Shown: in pieces, positions 10,228-20,153 of the stretch
Layout of the letters: the number at the start of each line of letters is the position of its first letter
Numbering within the stretch: position 1 is the first letter of the stretch
Assembly: GCA_041659405.1 (NCBI GenBank)
Contig: JBAZYK010000011.1
Coordinates: 30,001 to 62,000, forward strand
DNA from: Candidatus Altimarinota bacterium
GTDB taxonomy: Bacteria; Patescibacteriota; Gracilibacteria; UBA1369
Reading direction: 5' to 3'
DNA: 32,000 nucleotides
Position numbers and translations under genes: made by a program
Notes under the pieces: generated by a model
What the model was told of the DNA's origin: nothing
The model's input: only the letters and a program-made list of their open reading frames with translations
The model's database searches: none

Positions 10228-11562
10228 ATGGCCATCAAAAATTTAGAAGAAAGCCAGCATAACATTCTGGAAATTATGAAGCGCGAACCGGAAGGCTTGA
10301 TAACAAAGCTAACTACTGTTGTCGATGAAGCCTTAAAGAAAAGATCAGCGGTTCTAAAGCTCGCCGCAAAAAAGCAAACCCCCTTTTATCTTTTGGATGA
10401 GAAAGCGCTGGATAAAAGCATTGATGAGTTCATGACCGGATTTTCGAAACACCTAAGTGGACGGCCTTACTATGCCATAAAATCCAATTATCATCCCCTC
10501 ATTTTAAAAAGAGTGGTCCAAAAAGGCATGGGGCTGGACGTTAGTAGCGGAAGAGAGCTGAAATTCGCAATTAAAGCAAAAGCCAAATACATCGTTTTTT
10601 CGGGACCGGGCAAAACCGATGAAGAGCTTCGTTTGGCCCTAAAATACCATAAAAGAGTGATCGTGCACGTGGACAGCTTTAATGAACTTAAACGTCTGGG
10701 AAACTTAAGCCAAAAATCCCACAAAAAAATTACAATTGGAGTCCGCTTTTTCACCAACTATCACTTGGGAAACAAATTCGGAATCCCCCTGGATGACCTG
10801 CGAGAATTCTGGACCGAAGCCAAAAAATACCCATATCTTGAACTAAGAGGACTACAATCTCATTTCAGCTGGAACAAAGACTCCGAAAAATATAGCAAAA
10901 TGCTCAAATTGCTCGCAGACCACTTAAAGAAATATTTTAAGCCCGAAGAGTTGGATGAAATTCATTTTATTGATCTGGGCGGCGGATTCTACCCAAAACA
11001 AATCGATGGATTTTACCCCTGGACAGGCCGCTATCCAAGCCATATGCATGCCGGCGCTCTTGCCAAGTTGGCAAACGCTGAATTCGGCGTAAAAACCGAA
11101 TTTATAGACCCATACTACATTGTGGATTCAAAAACCCCTGAAGAATATGCGGAATTGATCGGAACCGTGGTCAAAGAAAACTTAAGCTTCCTAAAAAACT
11201 GCATCTATTACGCAGAACCGGGACGAATGATCTCCTACAGTTCCATGCACATTGTTGTGAAGCTTATCGACATCAAAAAATCCTCCGTTGGCATCACGGA
11301 CGGAGGAATCAACGCTATCGGTTGGGAATTTGGCGAACATTTCTACATGCCCATCATTAATTTAACTCATCCTTCAAAAGAAGAAATCCCCTTCACATTA
11401 TACGGATCACTCTGCACACCAAGAGACGTCTGGGGCTACTATTGTTTTGCCAGCGAAATGCAAAGCGGCGATGTCCTGATCATCCCAAATCAAGGGGCCT
11501 ATCGCTACACTCTCGCCCAGGAATTTATCAAAGCCATTCCGCCAGTCTACGTTCTAAAATAA
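10228..11562 (+). CDS. PLP-dependent decarboxylase (Orn/DAP/Arg decarboxylase group IV, diaminopimelate decarboxylase-like)
   Basis: PYYAIKSNYHPLIL (PLP lysine), GLDVSSGRELKFAI, FIDLGGGFYP, YYAEPGRMI. Track ORF opens at 10171; the ATG at 10228 is the likelier start. Confidence 0.85.
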   Translation: MAIKNLEESQHNILEIMKREPEGLITKLTTVVDEALKKRSAVLKLAAKKQTPFYLLDEKALDKSIDEFMTGFSKHLSGRPYYAIKSNYHPLILKRVVQKGMGLDVSSGRELKFAIKAKAKYIVFSGPGKTDEELRLALKYHKRVIVHVDSFNELKRLGNLSQKSHKKITIGVRFFTNYHLGNKFGIPLDDLREFWTEAKKYPYLELRGLQSHFSWNKDSEKYSKMLKLLADHLKKYFKPEELDEIHFIDLGGGFYPKQIDGFYPWTGRYPSHMHAGALAKLANAEFGVKTEFIDPYYIVDSKTPEEYAELIGTVVKENLSFLKNCIYYAEPGRMISYSSMHIVVKLIDIKKSSVGITDGGINAIGWEFGEHFYMPIINLTHPSKEEIPFTLYGSLCTPRDVWGYYCFASEMQSGDVLIIPNQGAYRYTLAQEFIKAIPPVYVLK

Positions 11563-11563
11563 G

Positions 11564-11577
11564 CCCGCTCCGGGCGC
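11564..11577 (+). terminator. Short GC hairpin GCCCG-CTC-CGGGC between convergent genes
   Basis: Perfect 5 bp stem immediately after the stop codon of the decarboxylase. Confidence 0.4.
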
Positions 11578-11612
11578 GGTAGCGATAGACATTTCATGCG
11601 TGAACATTCAAG

Positions 11613-12935
11613 CTAAGAACAAATACAGGTCAAAGTTAAACTTTGCACGCCGCGATCCATCAACGCCTTTGCAACCTTTTCTCTTGGAGTATTTTCATCA
11701 AAAACAAGCGCTCCATTAAAACGGAAAGTCTCGTTTTCATAAGACAAAGAAGCAATATTCAAAAGCTGTTCAGATGTTCCAAGTTTGGCAATTGGCAGAA
11801 TTTTTTCTCTAAATTCAGCTTCGGTTCCTTTAAAAGTTCCGGTAAAACCAAGCAAAGATTTTTTGATCTGCTGATTTCTAACCTGACACACAAACACAAA
11901 AGTCGCGGTCATGCGGAAATTAGGATCAATGAAATAGTACTCCCCTTTCTCCGTAATCAGCACATCCAAACCACCAACGCCATACCAGCCTTTTGCTCGC
12001 ACCTTAGGCAAAATATCGTCCTTGATCAAAGCAAAAAGATCCTGTAATTCCGACCTGTCAAAATCCGGAGTTACCATTCCACCCAAAAACTCTCCACATT
12101 TCCCGATCACCTGTTCATTAAAACCAATAATGTCGATTTCCTTTTTCGGATCAGCCGGAATCCCAAACTGAATGCACAGATTTCTTAAAGAATGAATAAA
12201 TTGATAAATAATGACATGCCCATCCAAATCCTTAAACACCTCTTTGGCACTCTTAAGATCCTCAGACGTATGACAAATTCGCACACCATCACCCGCGCTG
12301 GAAGAACTCATTTTAACGACACAGGGAAAAGGATATTCCTGAATACTTGCCGCAAAATCCTTTCCGCTAAAAAAGTGGTTATATTCAGCAGGTAAATTAT
12401 GAGCGGGAATATAATAACTAAGATTTTCTTTATCATTCAGCCACACCGTAACTTCCGGCGGAATTTGGTAAAAACTTTTCAGGTCCTTATCCAAAAAAGG
12501 CTGGGCCATCATCAATTTACCTTCACATTTCAGATTCTTAATTGCTGATTTAACCGCACGATTTCTGTCCTTACCCACAAGATCAAAATTGATCACCTCG
12601 GGCAAAACAATCACCTCGGAAGGATCAAGAGGTTCTGCACCCATTTCGGACAATAACCCTAAAATATTTGGAGAATAAACAGCAGAAAATGTCATTACTT
12701 TCACATCAGGACCGGCGCAAAGCAAAGGACGCCCGGCAACCAGCTCCTCCACCCATGGCGGAATATTATTAAAAAAGCCCGATTCTTCTCCGGCAGGGAA
12801 AGAGTAAAAATACAAAGTATCTGCAGGAAAGTAACGGGACAGAGTATACGTTTTGTGGCTTAACGCCGGTAAAGGATCTTCTTCTTTATTCTTTCTCAAT
12901 AAACTATTAGCTACGGTTTTATGACTTTTAGTCAT
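11613..12935 (-). CDS. ATP-grasp domain protein
   Basis: FPCVVKMSSSSAGDGVRI..., IIYQF, ...LDVLITEKGEYYFIDPNFRMTATFVF are ATP-grasp-like. Track ORF extends to 12968; MTKSHK at 12935 is an alternative start. Confidence 0.75.
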   Translation of the reverse strand: MTKSHKTVANSLLRKNKEEDPLPALSHKTYTLSRYFPADTLYFYSFPAGEESGFFNNIPPWVEELVAGRPLLCAGPDVKVMTFSAVYSPNILGLLSEMGAEPLDPSEVIVLPEVINFDLVGKDRNRAVKSAIKNLKCEGKLMMAQPFLDKDLKSFYQIPPEVTVWLNDKENLSYYIPAHNLPAEYNHFFSGKDFAASIQEYPFPCVVKMSSSSAGDGVRICHTSEDLKSAKEVFKDLDGHVIIYQFIHSLRNLCIQFGIPADPKKEIDIIGFNEQVIGKCGEFLGGMVTPDFDRSELQDLFALIKDDILPKVRAKGWYGVGGLDVLITEKGEYYFIDPNFRMTATFVFVCQVRNQQIKKSLLGFTGTFKGTEAEFREKILPIAKLGTSEQLLNIASLSYENETFRFNGALVFDENTPREKVAKALMDRGVQSLTLTCICS

Positions 12936-13100
12936 ATAATCGACGTAAAAAAAATTTAAGTACAACAAGGTTACTCTTTTTACCCTAAAAAAACAAGCCT
13001 CAGGCCTTCTAAAACGACGGCCATCTCATCCAAGGCTTGCCAGAAAGCTCAATGCCATATACCATGCGTTTAGTTAAAAATTAGAAAAAAATCACCTCAT

Positions 13101-13175
13101 AGGCCCTTCGTATAACGGCTAGTACAAAGGTTTCCAAAACCTTTAGCGCGGGTTCGACTCCTGCAGGGCCTGCCA
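13101..13175 (+). tRNA. tRNA-Trp(CCA), 3' CCA encoded
   Basis: Cloverleaf: AGGCCCT/AGGGCCT acceptor, GTAT/GTAC D-stem, AAGGT-TTCCAAA-ACCTT anticodon arm (CCA), GCGGG-TTCGACT-CCTGC T-arm, discriminator G + CCA. Confidence 0.95.
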
Positions 13176-13247
13176 TTGAGTTTTACAGCTTGTTTAAGCT
13201 GTTTTTCCAGTGTGCTATACTGAAGAAAACAATTTTCTATTTTATAA

Positions 13248-15011
13248 ATGGTTGATCAATTCTGTCAAAATTGTAAAGGTAAATTTCACATAGAGGATGC
13301 TGATATTGAATTTTACAAAAAAATGGATGTTCCATTACCGACCTTTTGCCCAGATTGTCGTTTTCAAAGAAGATTAAGTTATCTCAATATCAGAAATTTA
13401 TATTCAAGAAAGCTGAGTTATTCAGAAAAAAGCGTTATTTCGATATATTCGCCAGATAAAAACTTTAACATAGTTGAAGACAAAGATTGGTACTCGGATA
13501 AATACGATTTTACCAACTTTGGAAAGGATTATGATTTTCATAAGCCCTTTTTTTTACAATTTCGCGAGTTGATGGAGCAGGTTCCTTTGCCTCATTTACA
13601 GAGACAATATTCAACTTTTGAGAATAGTGATTATTGCAATGCAGCTTCAGGATTAAAAAATTGTTACCTCGTTTTTAGTGCTGATTTGGATCAGGATTGT
13701 TATTATGGATATTCGCTTGAAGAGGCTAAAGATTGCATGGACGTTATTTTTACCAATAAAAGTGAGCTTTGTTATGAAGGAGTTAATCTAAAGAACTGTT
13801 ACAATTGTCTTTTTTGTGAAGACTTGGAAGGGTCAAATGGGATGATATTTTGTCGTGATTGTGTAGGTTGCAATGATTGTTTTGGAAGTATTGGCTTGCG
13901 TCAAAAATCGTATTACATTTTCAATAAACCGTATTCCAAAGAAGAGTATCAAAAGAAAATTGCTGAATTCAAGATGAGTTCTTGGAGTTCATACCAAAAA
14001 ATAAAAAAAGAGGTGGAAGAGTTTTTCCTCTCCGTTCCACGAAAATTTATTCATGGCAGAAATAATCTTAACGTTGAAGGTGATTATGTATATCAGTCTA
14101 AAAACGTGCAAGAGTCTTTTATGGTGGAAAAAGCGGAAGACTGTAAATTTACGCATTTGCTTAGATATTTAACTACCGGCACCAATAATTCTTATGATTA
14201 TACAATGTATGGTTGTGGAGCTGAGCTTATTTATGAGTCTGCCTGGTGTGGCTTAAACATTCACAATCTTAAGTTTTCTTTATGGAATTATGGGAGTTCG
14301 GATCTGGAGTATTGTTTTGGATGTCATTATTCTACAAATCTTTTTGGTTGCATTGGCTTGCAGCATAAAAAATATTGCATTTTAAACAAGCAATATACCG
14401 AAGACGAATACAAAGCGTTATTACCGAAAATAAAAGAGCAGATGAAAAATATTCCGTATAAAGATAAAAAGGGGAATATTTACCGCTATGGTGAGTTTTT
14501 CCCAAATGAATTAAGTCCTTTCGATTATAACCAAACTCTTGCTCAAGAATTTTGCCCCATCACCAAAGAAGAAAGTTTAAATCAAAATTATGGCTGGTAC
14601 GAAAATAAAGAACGAGTAATAGGTGATTTTACTCATTGGAAAGACCTGGCTGACGATATTGAATCTGTTGATGACAGGGTATTAACCAAACCAATTCTGT
14701 GTAAAGCTTACGAAGAGAATTCGGCCGTGGCTTTAAGACATAACTGTAGCCAAATTTTTAAGATTATCCCTCAAGAATTGGGACTCTATCGAAAAATGGG
14801 AGTGCCTCTTCCCAGATACTGCCCTAATACACGTTGCTACCAAAAATTAAAACAATTGAATCCTTTTAAATTGTGGCAACGTGAATGCACATGTAAAGCG
14901 ACAACGCATGGACACCCGGATATGTGCGACAAGATTTTTGAAACCAGTTATAAACCCGATCGCAAAGAGATGGTCCATTGTGAAGAATGTTACTTAAAAG
15001 AAGTGTATTAG
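13248..15011 (+). CDS. Large cysteine-rich zinc-ribbon-like protein with internal repeats, 587 aa
   Basis: FCQNCKGKF...FCPDCRFQRR at the N-terminus and CPNTRCYQ...CTC...CEECYLKEVY at the C-terminus, with many Cys residues between. Confidence 0.85.
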   Translation: MVDQFCQNCKGKFHIEDADIEFYKKMDVPLPTFCPDCRFQRRLSYLNIRNLYSRKLSYSEKSVISIYSPDKNFNIVEDKDWYSDKYDFTNFGKDYDFHKPFFLQFRELMEQVPLPHLQRQYSTFENSDYCNAASGLKNCYLVFSADLDQDCYYGYSLEEAKDCMDVIFTNKSELCYEGVNLKNCYNCLFCEDLEGSNGMIFCRDCVGCNDCFGSIGLRQKSYYIFNKPYSKEEYQKKIAEFKMSSWSSYQKIKKEVEEFFLSVPRKFIHGRNNLNVEGDYVYQSKNVQESFMVEKAEDCKFTHLLRYLTTGTNNSYDYTMYGCGAELIYESAWCGLNIHNLKFSLWNYGSSDLEYCFGCHYSTNLFGCIGLQHKKYCILNKQYTEDEYKALLPKIKEQMKNIPYKDKKGNIYRYGEFFPNELSPFDYNQTLAQEFCPITKEESLNQNYGWYENKERVIGDFTHWKDLADDIESVDDRVLTKPILCKAYEENSAVALRHNCSQIFKIIPQELGLYRKMGVPLPRYCPNTRCYQKLKQLNPFKLWQRECTCKATTHGHPDMCDKIFETSYKPDRKEMVHCEECYLKEVY

Positions 15012-15027
15012 CAGCTTATTCAAGCCA

Positions 15028-15216
15028 TCAATCCTCTTCACCAGACTTTGTAACACCTTCTCCTGAAATAAAATTTCCCGCCAGGGCTTGTTTGATTTGG
15101 CGATCCACTTCTATAAGAGCCGCCTTAACTTCTAAACCACTAGCTGCCAAAGCACAGACCATTGCTCTTTTTCCAAGCAAAAGATCTAAAAATGATGTAT
15201 CCTGATATCCTTCCAT
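15028..15216 (-). CDS. Hypothetical protein, 62 aa
   Basis: Short open frame between neighbours; weak support. Confidence 0.35.
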   Translation of the reverse strand: MEGYQDTSFLDLLLGKRAMVCALAASGLEVKAALIEVDRQIKQALAGNFISGEGVTKSGEED

Positions 15217-15230
15217 TTAATTATAAATTA

Positions 15231-15644
15231 TTAACGAACCGCCTGTCCAAAAGCTTCGTCCTCTACATCAGCTTTTTCGTCAGCTATAGTGTGTTGAACG
15301 CGACCATCAATATGATTTGGTGGAGCGTACGTCGTGAAGATTTGCAAAGGAACGGTTCCGGTATTTACAAAATTATGCAAAGTCCCCGGAGTCACCACGA
15401 CCACATCCCCCGGACCAACCGGAGATTTTTTCCCATCCAAACTTGCTTCCCCTGTCCCCGATTGAAAGTACAATGTTTGTTCAACGTGCTGATGGGTTTC
15501 TTCACCAACTTCCCCACCCACAGGAATACTCATCACAACCAACTGGGATTTTGCCCCTGTAAATAAAACATGACGAAAATCCTGGTTATCTGCTGTCGCT
15601 TTTACAATGTTTGTCTGAAATGACGCAATATGTGGAGTTTCCAT
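15231..15644 (-). CDS. Cupin domain protein
   Basis: VGEETHQHVEQTLYFQSGTGEASLDGKKSPVGPGDVVVVTPGTLHNFVNTG cupin motifs. The track ORF start (15737) overlaps the sortase gene; METPH at 15644 is preferred. Confidence 0.85.
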   Translation of the reverse strand: METPHIASFQTNIVKATADNQDFRHVLFTGAKSQLVVMSIPVGGEVGEETHQHVEQTLYFQSGTGEASLDGKKSPVGPGDVVVVTPGTLHNFVNTGTVPLQIFTTYAPPNHIDGRVQHTIADEKADVEDEAFGQAVR

Positions 15645-15669
15645 TTTTGGAAAGATTAAAAAATAAATT

Positions 15670-16314
15670 TCATTCTTTATCGGCAAAGATAACCAACCGT
15701 TTGGAATATTGTTTGGCATTTTTATCCCACACCCCATCGCAAGTAATCAGATTTAGATGAGCTTTTCCATCGCTTGATTTAAAGACATCGGTCGCATCCG
15801 CCGCAGCGGCATACATGCGGCTTCCACGAACCACAAAAGAAATGATCGCTCCTTTGTCATCCTGAACCGTAATCTTATCGCCCGGCTTAACCTTGCGCAG
15901 ATCGGCAAACACGCCGGTAGCGCCATAATACCAGTTAACATGACCATCAATGGCCGCGCTGCCAATTTCCCCCGGACGAGGCCCCAATTCATACCAGCCG
16001 GCATCAAGAGGCTGTTTGGGCACACCCATCGATCCGTCAGTCTTCAAACCCACTTTTTCGATCACGGCATCCACCTTAATGCTTGGAATCTTAATATTCA
16101 CCGGAACGCCAATACTTTCCCCAATGGCAAGAAGGTGATTGGAAACAACCGAATCAGTCTTCAAACCAACATTCATATTCACGGATGCGCCAACATTCCC
16201 CAACAAAGGACGCAAAGGCACGTTGTACCAAAACACAACTACGCATATCACCAATATTATAACTACCACGGAAAATATCCGGATTTTAATTTGATTTGAT
16301 AATTTCTTAGGCAT
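15670..16314 (-). CDS. Sortase family protein
   Basis: N-terminal TM, AAIDGHVNWY (catalytic His region), LNLITCDGVWDKNAKQYSKRLVIFA (Cys and Arg). Confidence 0.85.
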   Translation of the reverse strand: MPKKLSNQIKIRIFSVVVIILVICVVVFWYNVPLRPLLGNVGASVNMNVGLKTDSVVSNHLLAIGESIGVPVNIKIPSIKVDAVIEKVGLKTDGSMGVPKQPLDAGWYELGPRPGEIGSAAIDGHVNWYYGATGVFADLRKVKPGDKITVQDDKGAIISFVVRGSRMYAAAADATDVFKSSDGKAHLNLITCDGVWDKNAKQYSKRLVIFADKE

Positions 16315-16350
16315 AAATCCTCCTGTTAAGGAAATTGCTCATGAAGTCTA

Positions 16351-16779
16351 TTAAGCCGCGCGCTTTTTCTCCTCCCTGCCGTTCAAATAAACCCGCATTT
16401 CCGGCTGAATCTGGACGCGAACCGGGCCTTCTTCCGTTTCCATATTCATCTGGAAAAATTTAGGTGGAAGTTCCGAAATAAGTTCAAAAAGCTTTTTATT
16501 CATGTGAGCCACCTCTTCTTCTTTTCTAACCTTCATTTCCTGCAATTTCATATATTGTTCCTCTTTCAAAAGATCCTGCATCCATTTATCCTCAACATCT
16601 TTAACCTGAGCCTTTAAATCTTTATAGGCTTTTTTAAGATCAACATAGTCTTCAGTATCGATTTTCTCGTCAAACTTCATATCTTTTCTGATGTCCTTCA
16701 GTTCATCCTTCAACTTTTTAAGCTCCTTCAGAGCCAGAGAAATTTTATCTTCAATCATAGTAAAAAATAAATGAGCCAC
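16351..16779 (-). CDS. Hypothetical coiled-coil protein, 142 aa
   Basis: Charged heptad-rich frame, KELKKLKDELKDIRKDM... Confidence 0.6.
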   Translation of the reverse strand: MAHLFFTMIEDKISLALKELKKLKDELKDIRKDMKFDEKIDTEDYVDLKKAYKDLKAQVKDVEDKWMQDLLKEEQYMKLQEMKVRKEEEVAHMNKKLFELISELPPKFFQMNMETEEGPVRVQIQPEMRVYLNGREEKKRAA

Positions 16780-16837
16780 GACAGTCTAGCAGTTTCCCAC
16801 GGTCTATCAATTACAATCCCTTGCTAAAACTGACAAT

Positions 16838-16956
16838 AATCTTTTTCGATCGTTTCAAAAATCCGAACTTCGGCTGAGAGCACCTCGCAGGCGTGAGCCG
16901 AGAACTGTGCTCGAAGACGAAGTTTGGATTTTTGAAACCCTTAGTTGAAAAAGATT
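16838..16956. repeat. Compound inverted repeat / cruciform-like intergenic element
   Basis: Outer arms AATCTTTTTC/GAAAAAGATT (16838-16847, 16947-16956); inner arms TTTCAAAAATCCGAACTTCG/CGAAGTTTGGATTTTTGAAA (16853-16872, 16918-16937), one mismatch in 20. Confidence 0.85.
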
Positions 16957-16996
16957 AAAGAATCTTTAGAAAGATTAAGGAATTTTTTCATTAAGA

Positions 16997-18808
16997 TTAT
17001 TGGCTCTTCACCAAAACATACCCGCTGAAGTCGATTTCACTTTCCGAAACCGCCTTGGAATTGAAAATTATGCCCTTAAAAGGTTTGAAATAGGATTCAA
17101 GTACAAGCTGATCGGCTTTAACTTGTGCCGAATTGGCAGCGCCAATAGAAGGATCGGAAGATGCAGTTCCCATGATCGCGCCAATATCTCCAAAATGACT
17201 AATATATTGAGCAACAACCTTCGGTGAAAAATAAACAAAATTCGACAAAGACTTTCCCATAGCCGTCTGCGTATCTTTAAAATCAGCATCATTCGCCAAC
17301 GTCTTGGCATTCACCTCAAAATCCTGATCAAAATGTGGATAAAAAGCCACAAAAGCCAGATTATCTTTGCTAACTCCGTACCACAATTCCAAAGGCGTAT
17401 TCAACAAAAGCTGCGTTAACGGCGACGAAGATTTGGATTCAAGCCCCTCCGACTTAAAGCGCAAAACATGAACCTTACTTCCATCTGCCAAAATGCCATC
17501 TTCAAACACAAACCCTTGCACAATATTTTTATATTTTTGGCCAAGTTGAGTAATCACCTCTTGCAAAAAAATATGCAGAGCGTCCACCGTTTTTTGCGCG
17601 CCCGCAGGATTGGAAGAAGCATCAACATAAAAGGCCAAATTTGGCATAAAATTGCCACTATCCCGCCAAACAAAGCTGTTACCTTTATCCAAAAATGAAA
17701 GAACATCTTTTTCAAAATCAAGCCCTTTAGAAGCAAAAAATTGCTGTATTTTACCTTTAAGATCAGCCACTTTATACATTTTCTCAAAAACAGCCAACTC
17801 AATATTCAAAAGCGATTTCAAGTCACTGTTTTCAACATACATCAAAGCCTTATCAACCGGAATTTTTTTATAAAGATAAGGATCGGAATGAGGCAAAGTC
17901 AAAAAATTGATCTTATTATTTTTCAAAACCTGCGCATCACCAAATTCCCGGCCCAAAATGCGTAAACCATTAGGCTCAGCGGAAAAAGCATAATACATTC
18001 CCTGCAAAGCCTGAAAATATTTTTCTTCATCCAAATAAGAAGTGGAAGCCTGTGTCGCCGCCTGCCCGCCCACCTGCGAACCGCCATACATTGCCGGACT
18101 AACACCTTTTGGATCCACAAACATAAATCCCACATTCGCCGGCATTTGCGCTAAACTTTTTTGATAAAATTCATTATCCAACAAAGAGGCGGAAACATCC
18201 TGATAACGGTCAATTGTCGACTTTAATCCTTCCAGCGAATTTGTCACAACCAAAGCATCACCAAGTCTGGTAATAAATATTTTGGTCCCGCCTTTTTGGA
18301 AAAAAGTTACACCACGATAATTATCCTGCAAAGCACCATTATTATTCGCCAACTTCCGGGCAACCTGATCAACTTTTTCAACATCCAAAATTGGCATTAC
18401 CAATTCCATATCCATCACCCCCTGCCCGCCCGAACTCGGCTGAGGAAAACTTCTCATCCCAACCATAAAATGGACCTTATCACCTAAAATCGGCTTTAAA
18501 TCGGCAGCATAAGTCACGCCATAAGCACTTAAAGCTTGATCCAATCCCTTATAAAACTGATCCTGAACATTTTGAATAATAGATGCGCCTCCGGTTGAGG
18601 TCGTCCCGCCGGGCACTTCATTCATAAAAGGCAAATTTCGGAAAATTAAACCCAAATTATTAAGCTGAGTTGCGTCATTTGTGCCAACCTTAATCACCAA
18701 ACCGGAATCTTTTGAAAGAAGCATTTCCAGCGGAATTCCCTGCGTTGTTTTTAAAGCGGAAGGCTTATTCGGAAGAGCTTTTTGGCAACCGGACATCAAA
18801 AAAAACAT
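16997..18808 (-). CDS. Secreted or lipoprotein-like protein, DUF3352-like
   Basis: Lipobox-like FFLMSGCQ near the N-terminus, long extracellular-type sequence. Track ORF runs to 19021 but its N-terminus overlaps rpmG, so the true start is downstream; exact start uncertain. Confidence 0.6.
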   Translation of the reverse strand: MFFLMSGCQKALPNKPSALKTTQGIPLEMLLSKDSGLVIKVGTNDATQLNNLGLIFRNLPFMNEVPGGTTSTGGASIIQNVQDQFYKGLDQALSAYGVTYAADLKPILGDKVHFMVGMRSFPQPSSGGQGVMDMELVMPILDVEKVDQVARKLANNNGALQDNYRGVTFFQKGGTKIFITRLGDALVVTNSLEGLKSTIDRYQDVSASLLDNEFYQKSLAQMPANVGFMFVDPKGVSPAMYGGSQVGGQAATQASTSYLDEEKYFQALQGMYYAFSAEPNGLRILGREFGDAQVLKNNKINFLTLPHSDPYLYKKIPVDKALMYVENSDLKSLLNIELAVFEKMYKVADLKGKIQQFFASKGLDFEKDVLSFLDKGNSFVWRDSGNFMPNLAFYVDASSNPAGAQKTVDALHIFLQEVITQLGQKYKNIVQGFVFEDGILADGSKVHVLRFKSEGLESKSSSPLTQLLLNTPLELWYGVSKDNLAFVAFYPHFDQDFEVNAKTLANDADFKDTQTAMGKSLSNFVYFSPKVVAQYISHFGDIGAIMGTASSDPSIGAANSAQVKADQLVLESYFKPFKGIIFNSKAVSESEIDFSGYVLVKSQ

Positions 18809-18926
18809 TGCCCCAAGCACCAAAAACAAAAAAACACCTTTAAATAAAAGGAGAAACTCACGAATAACAACATTGAAGTTCGCTTTACTCGCAGTAGAAA
18901 TAAGCACTTCGTGCGTGGGGGTTAGA

Positions 18927-19109
18927 TTACTTAGCCGCTTTCTTAAGATCTTTCCTTTTGTGAACTGTACGAGTTTTACTCTGCTTGCAGAACTTGCTGA
19001 GCTCCTTCTTGATTTTGTCATTGCTCTTTTTGTTGTAAGCAGTCACATAATTCGCTCTGCCACATTCGGAACAATACCACGCAGTATATTGACTTTTTCC
19101 TTTTGCCAT
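18927..19109 (-). CDS. rpmG: 50S ribosomal protein L33
   Basis: MAKGKSQYTAWYCSECGRANYVTAYNKKS...LSKFCKQSKTRTVHKRKDLK. Confidence 0.85.
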   Translation of the reverse strand: MAKGKSQYTAWYCSECGRANYVTAYNKKSNDKIKKELSKFCKQSKTRTVHKRKDLKKAAK

Positions 19110-19162
19110 AAAAATAAACGAAAAATAAAAGCAGAGCAATCATAGCCAATTTTGGCTTTAAG

Positions 19163-20059
19163 TCAATCTTTTTTTACGTGATTTTTGATTAATGCAAGAA
19201 TATTTGGCAATTTTTGTTGAAAAAACAGGCCAAACAACACCAGCAGCAACACAATCAAAATAGTCAAAACAAGGCTGTAAGAAGGGATAAACGCCGGATC
19301 AAAAAGATTCGTGGAAAGATCATGGCTCGTAAGACCTGCCTGGATTCCATCCGTTGGACCGACCACAGCCAACGTAGCCAATGGATCAGAGACATCCGTT
19401 CCCGCCGGCTCAGCCACAACCGAACCATCACCCGCCGGAGCCTCAACCGCAATTTTGGACTGGACATCTTTAGACGGGGAATCCTGCAATTTCTGAGGTT
19501 GAACCACTTGCGCCCCCAACAAAGACACCAAATCAAATTGCCCATCCTGCCAGGAAACCGCACTTAGATCTTTTCTTCCAGCGTCAAAAACACTCAAAAC
19601 CTTACGATCAAAATGGAATAATAGATTTTGATTAAGATCAGACTTGGGCAAACTCAAATAAAAAGAGACAATTTTACCATCCTTAAAAGTTATTACTGAA
19701 CCCTGCTTAAAAGTTAACCCAAAAACAACACGCGCCGGATTTGTTTTAAAAGTTGCCAAACTCAAAACTTTTTCCGGATTATTTAAATCCGCGCTCAATT
19801 CAAACTTTTGATATGCCCAATTTTTCAGAAAGTTAGTAGATTCGCCCGTAAACTCACTCGGATTTTTCGCAGAGAAACCGGTAGTCACAGGCACTTTGTA
19901 CGCAATGGAAATTTCAAACGCAGTTCCAAGGAAATTTTTGGGCAAATCTTTTCCCATGACATCCAAGCGAAAAGGAACCGACTGGGTATCCAAATGACTA
20001 GTCGCCCCGGATTGATTTAATGGCACCAAATCAACATACAAAACAGTGGAGGTATTCAT
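19163..20059 (-). CDS. Cohesin-like surface protein with C-terminal TM helix
   Basis: MNTSTVLYVDLVPLNQ... internal start; beta-rich domain with C-terminal hydrophobic helix and basic tail (LVLTILIVLLLVLFGLFFQQKLPNILALIKNHVKKD). Confidence 0.55.
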   Translation of the reverse strand: MNTSTVLYVDLVPLNQSGATSHLDTQSVPFRLDVMGKDLPKNFLGTAFEISIAYKVPVTTGFSAKNPSEFTGESTNFLKNWAYQKFELSADLNNPEKVLSLATFKTNPARVVFGLTFKQGSVITFKDGKIVSFYLSLPKSDLNQNLLFHFDRKVLSVFDAGRKDLSAVSWQDGQFDLVSLLGAQVVQPQKLQDSPSKDVQSKIAVEAPAGDGSVVAEPAGTDVSDPLATLAVVGPTDGIQAGLTSHDLSTNLFDPAFIPSYSLVLTILIVLLLVLFGLFFQQKLPNILALIKNHVKKD

Positions 20060-20153
20060 AAATAATGATTTAAATTTATAATTTTTCAGAAATTTGACCT
20101 TAAACTTATTCGACCACAAAGGTCGGACCACCAACCAATCCCCGCCCCCAAGA

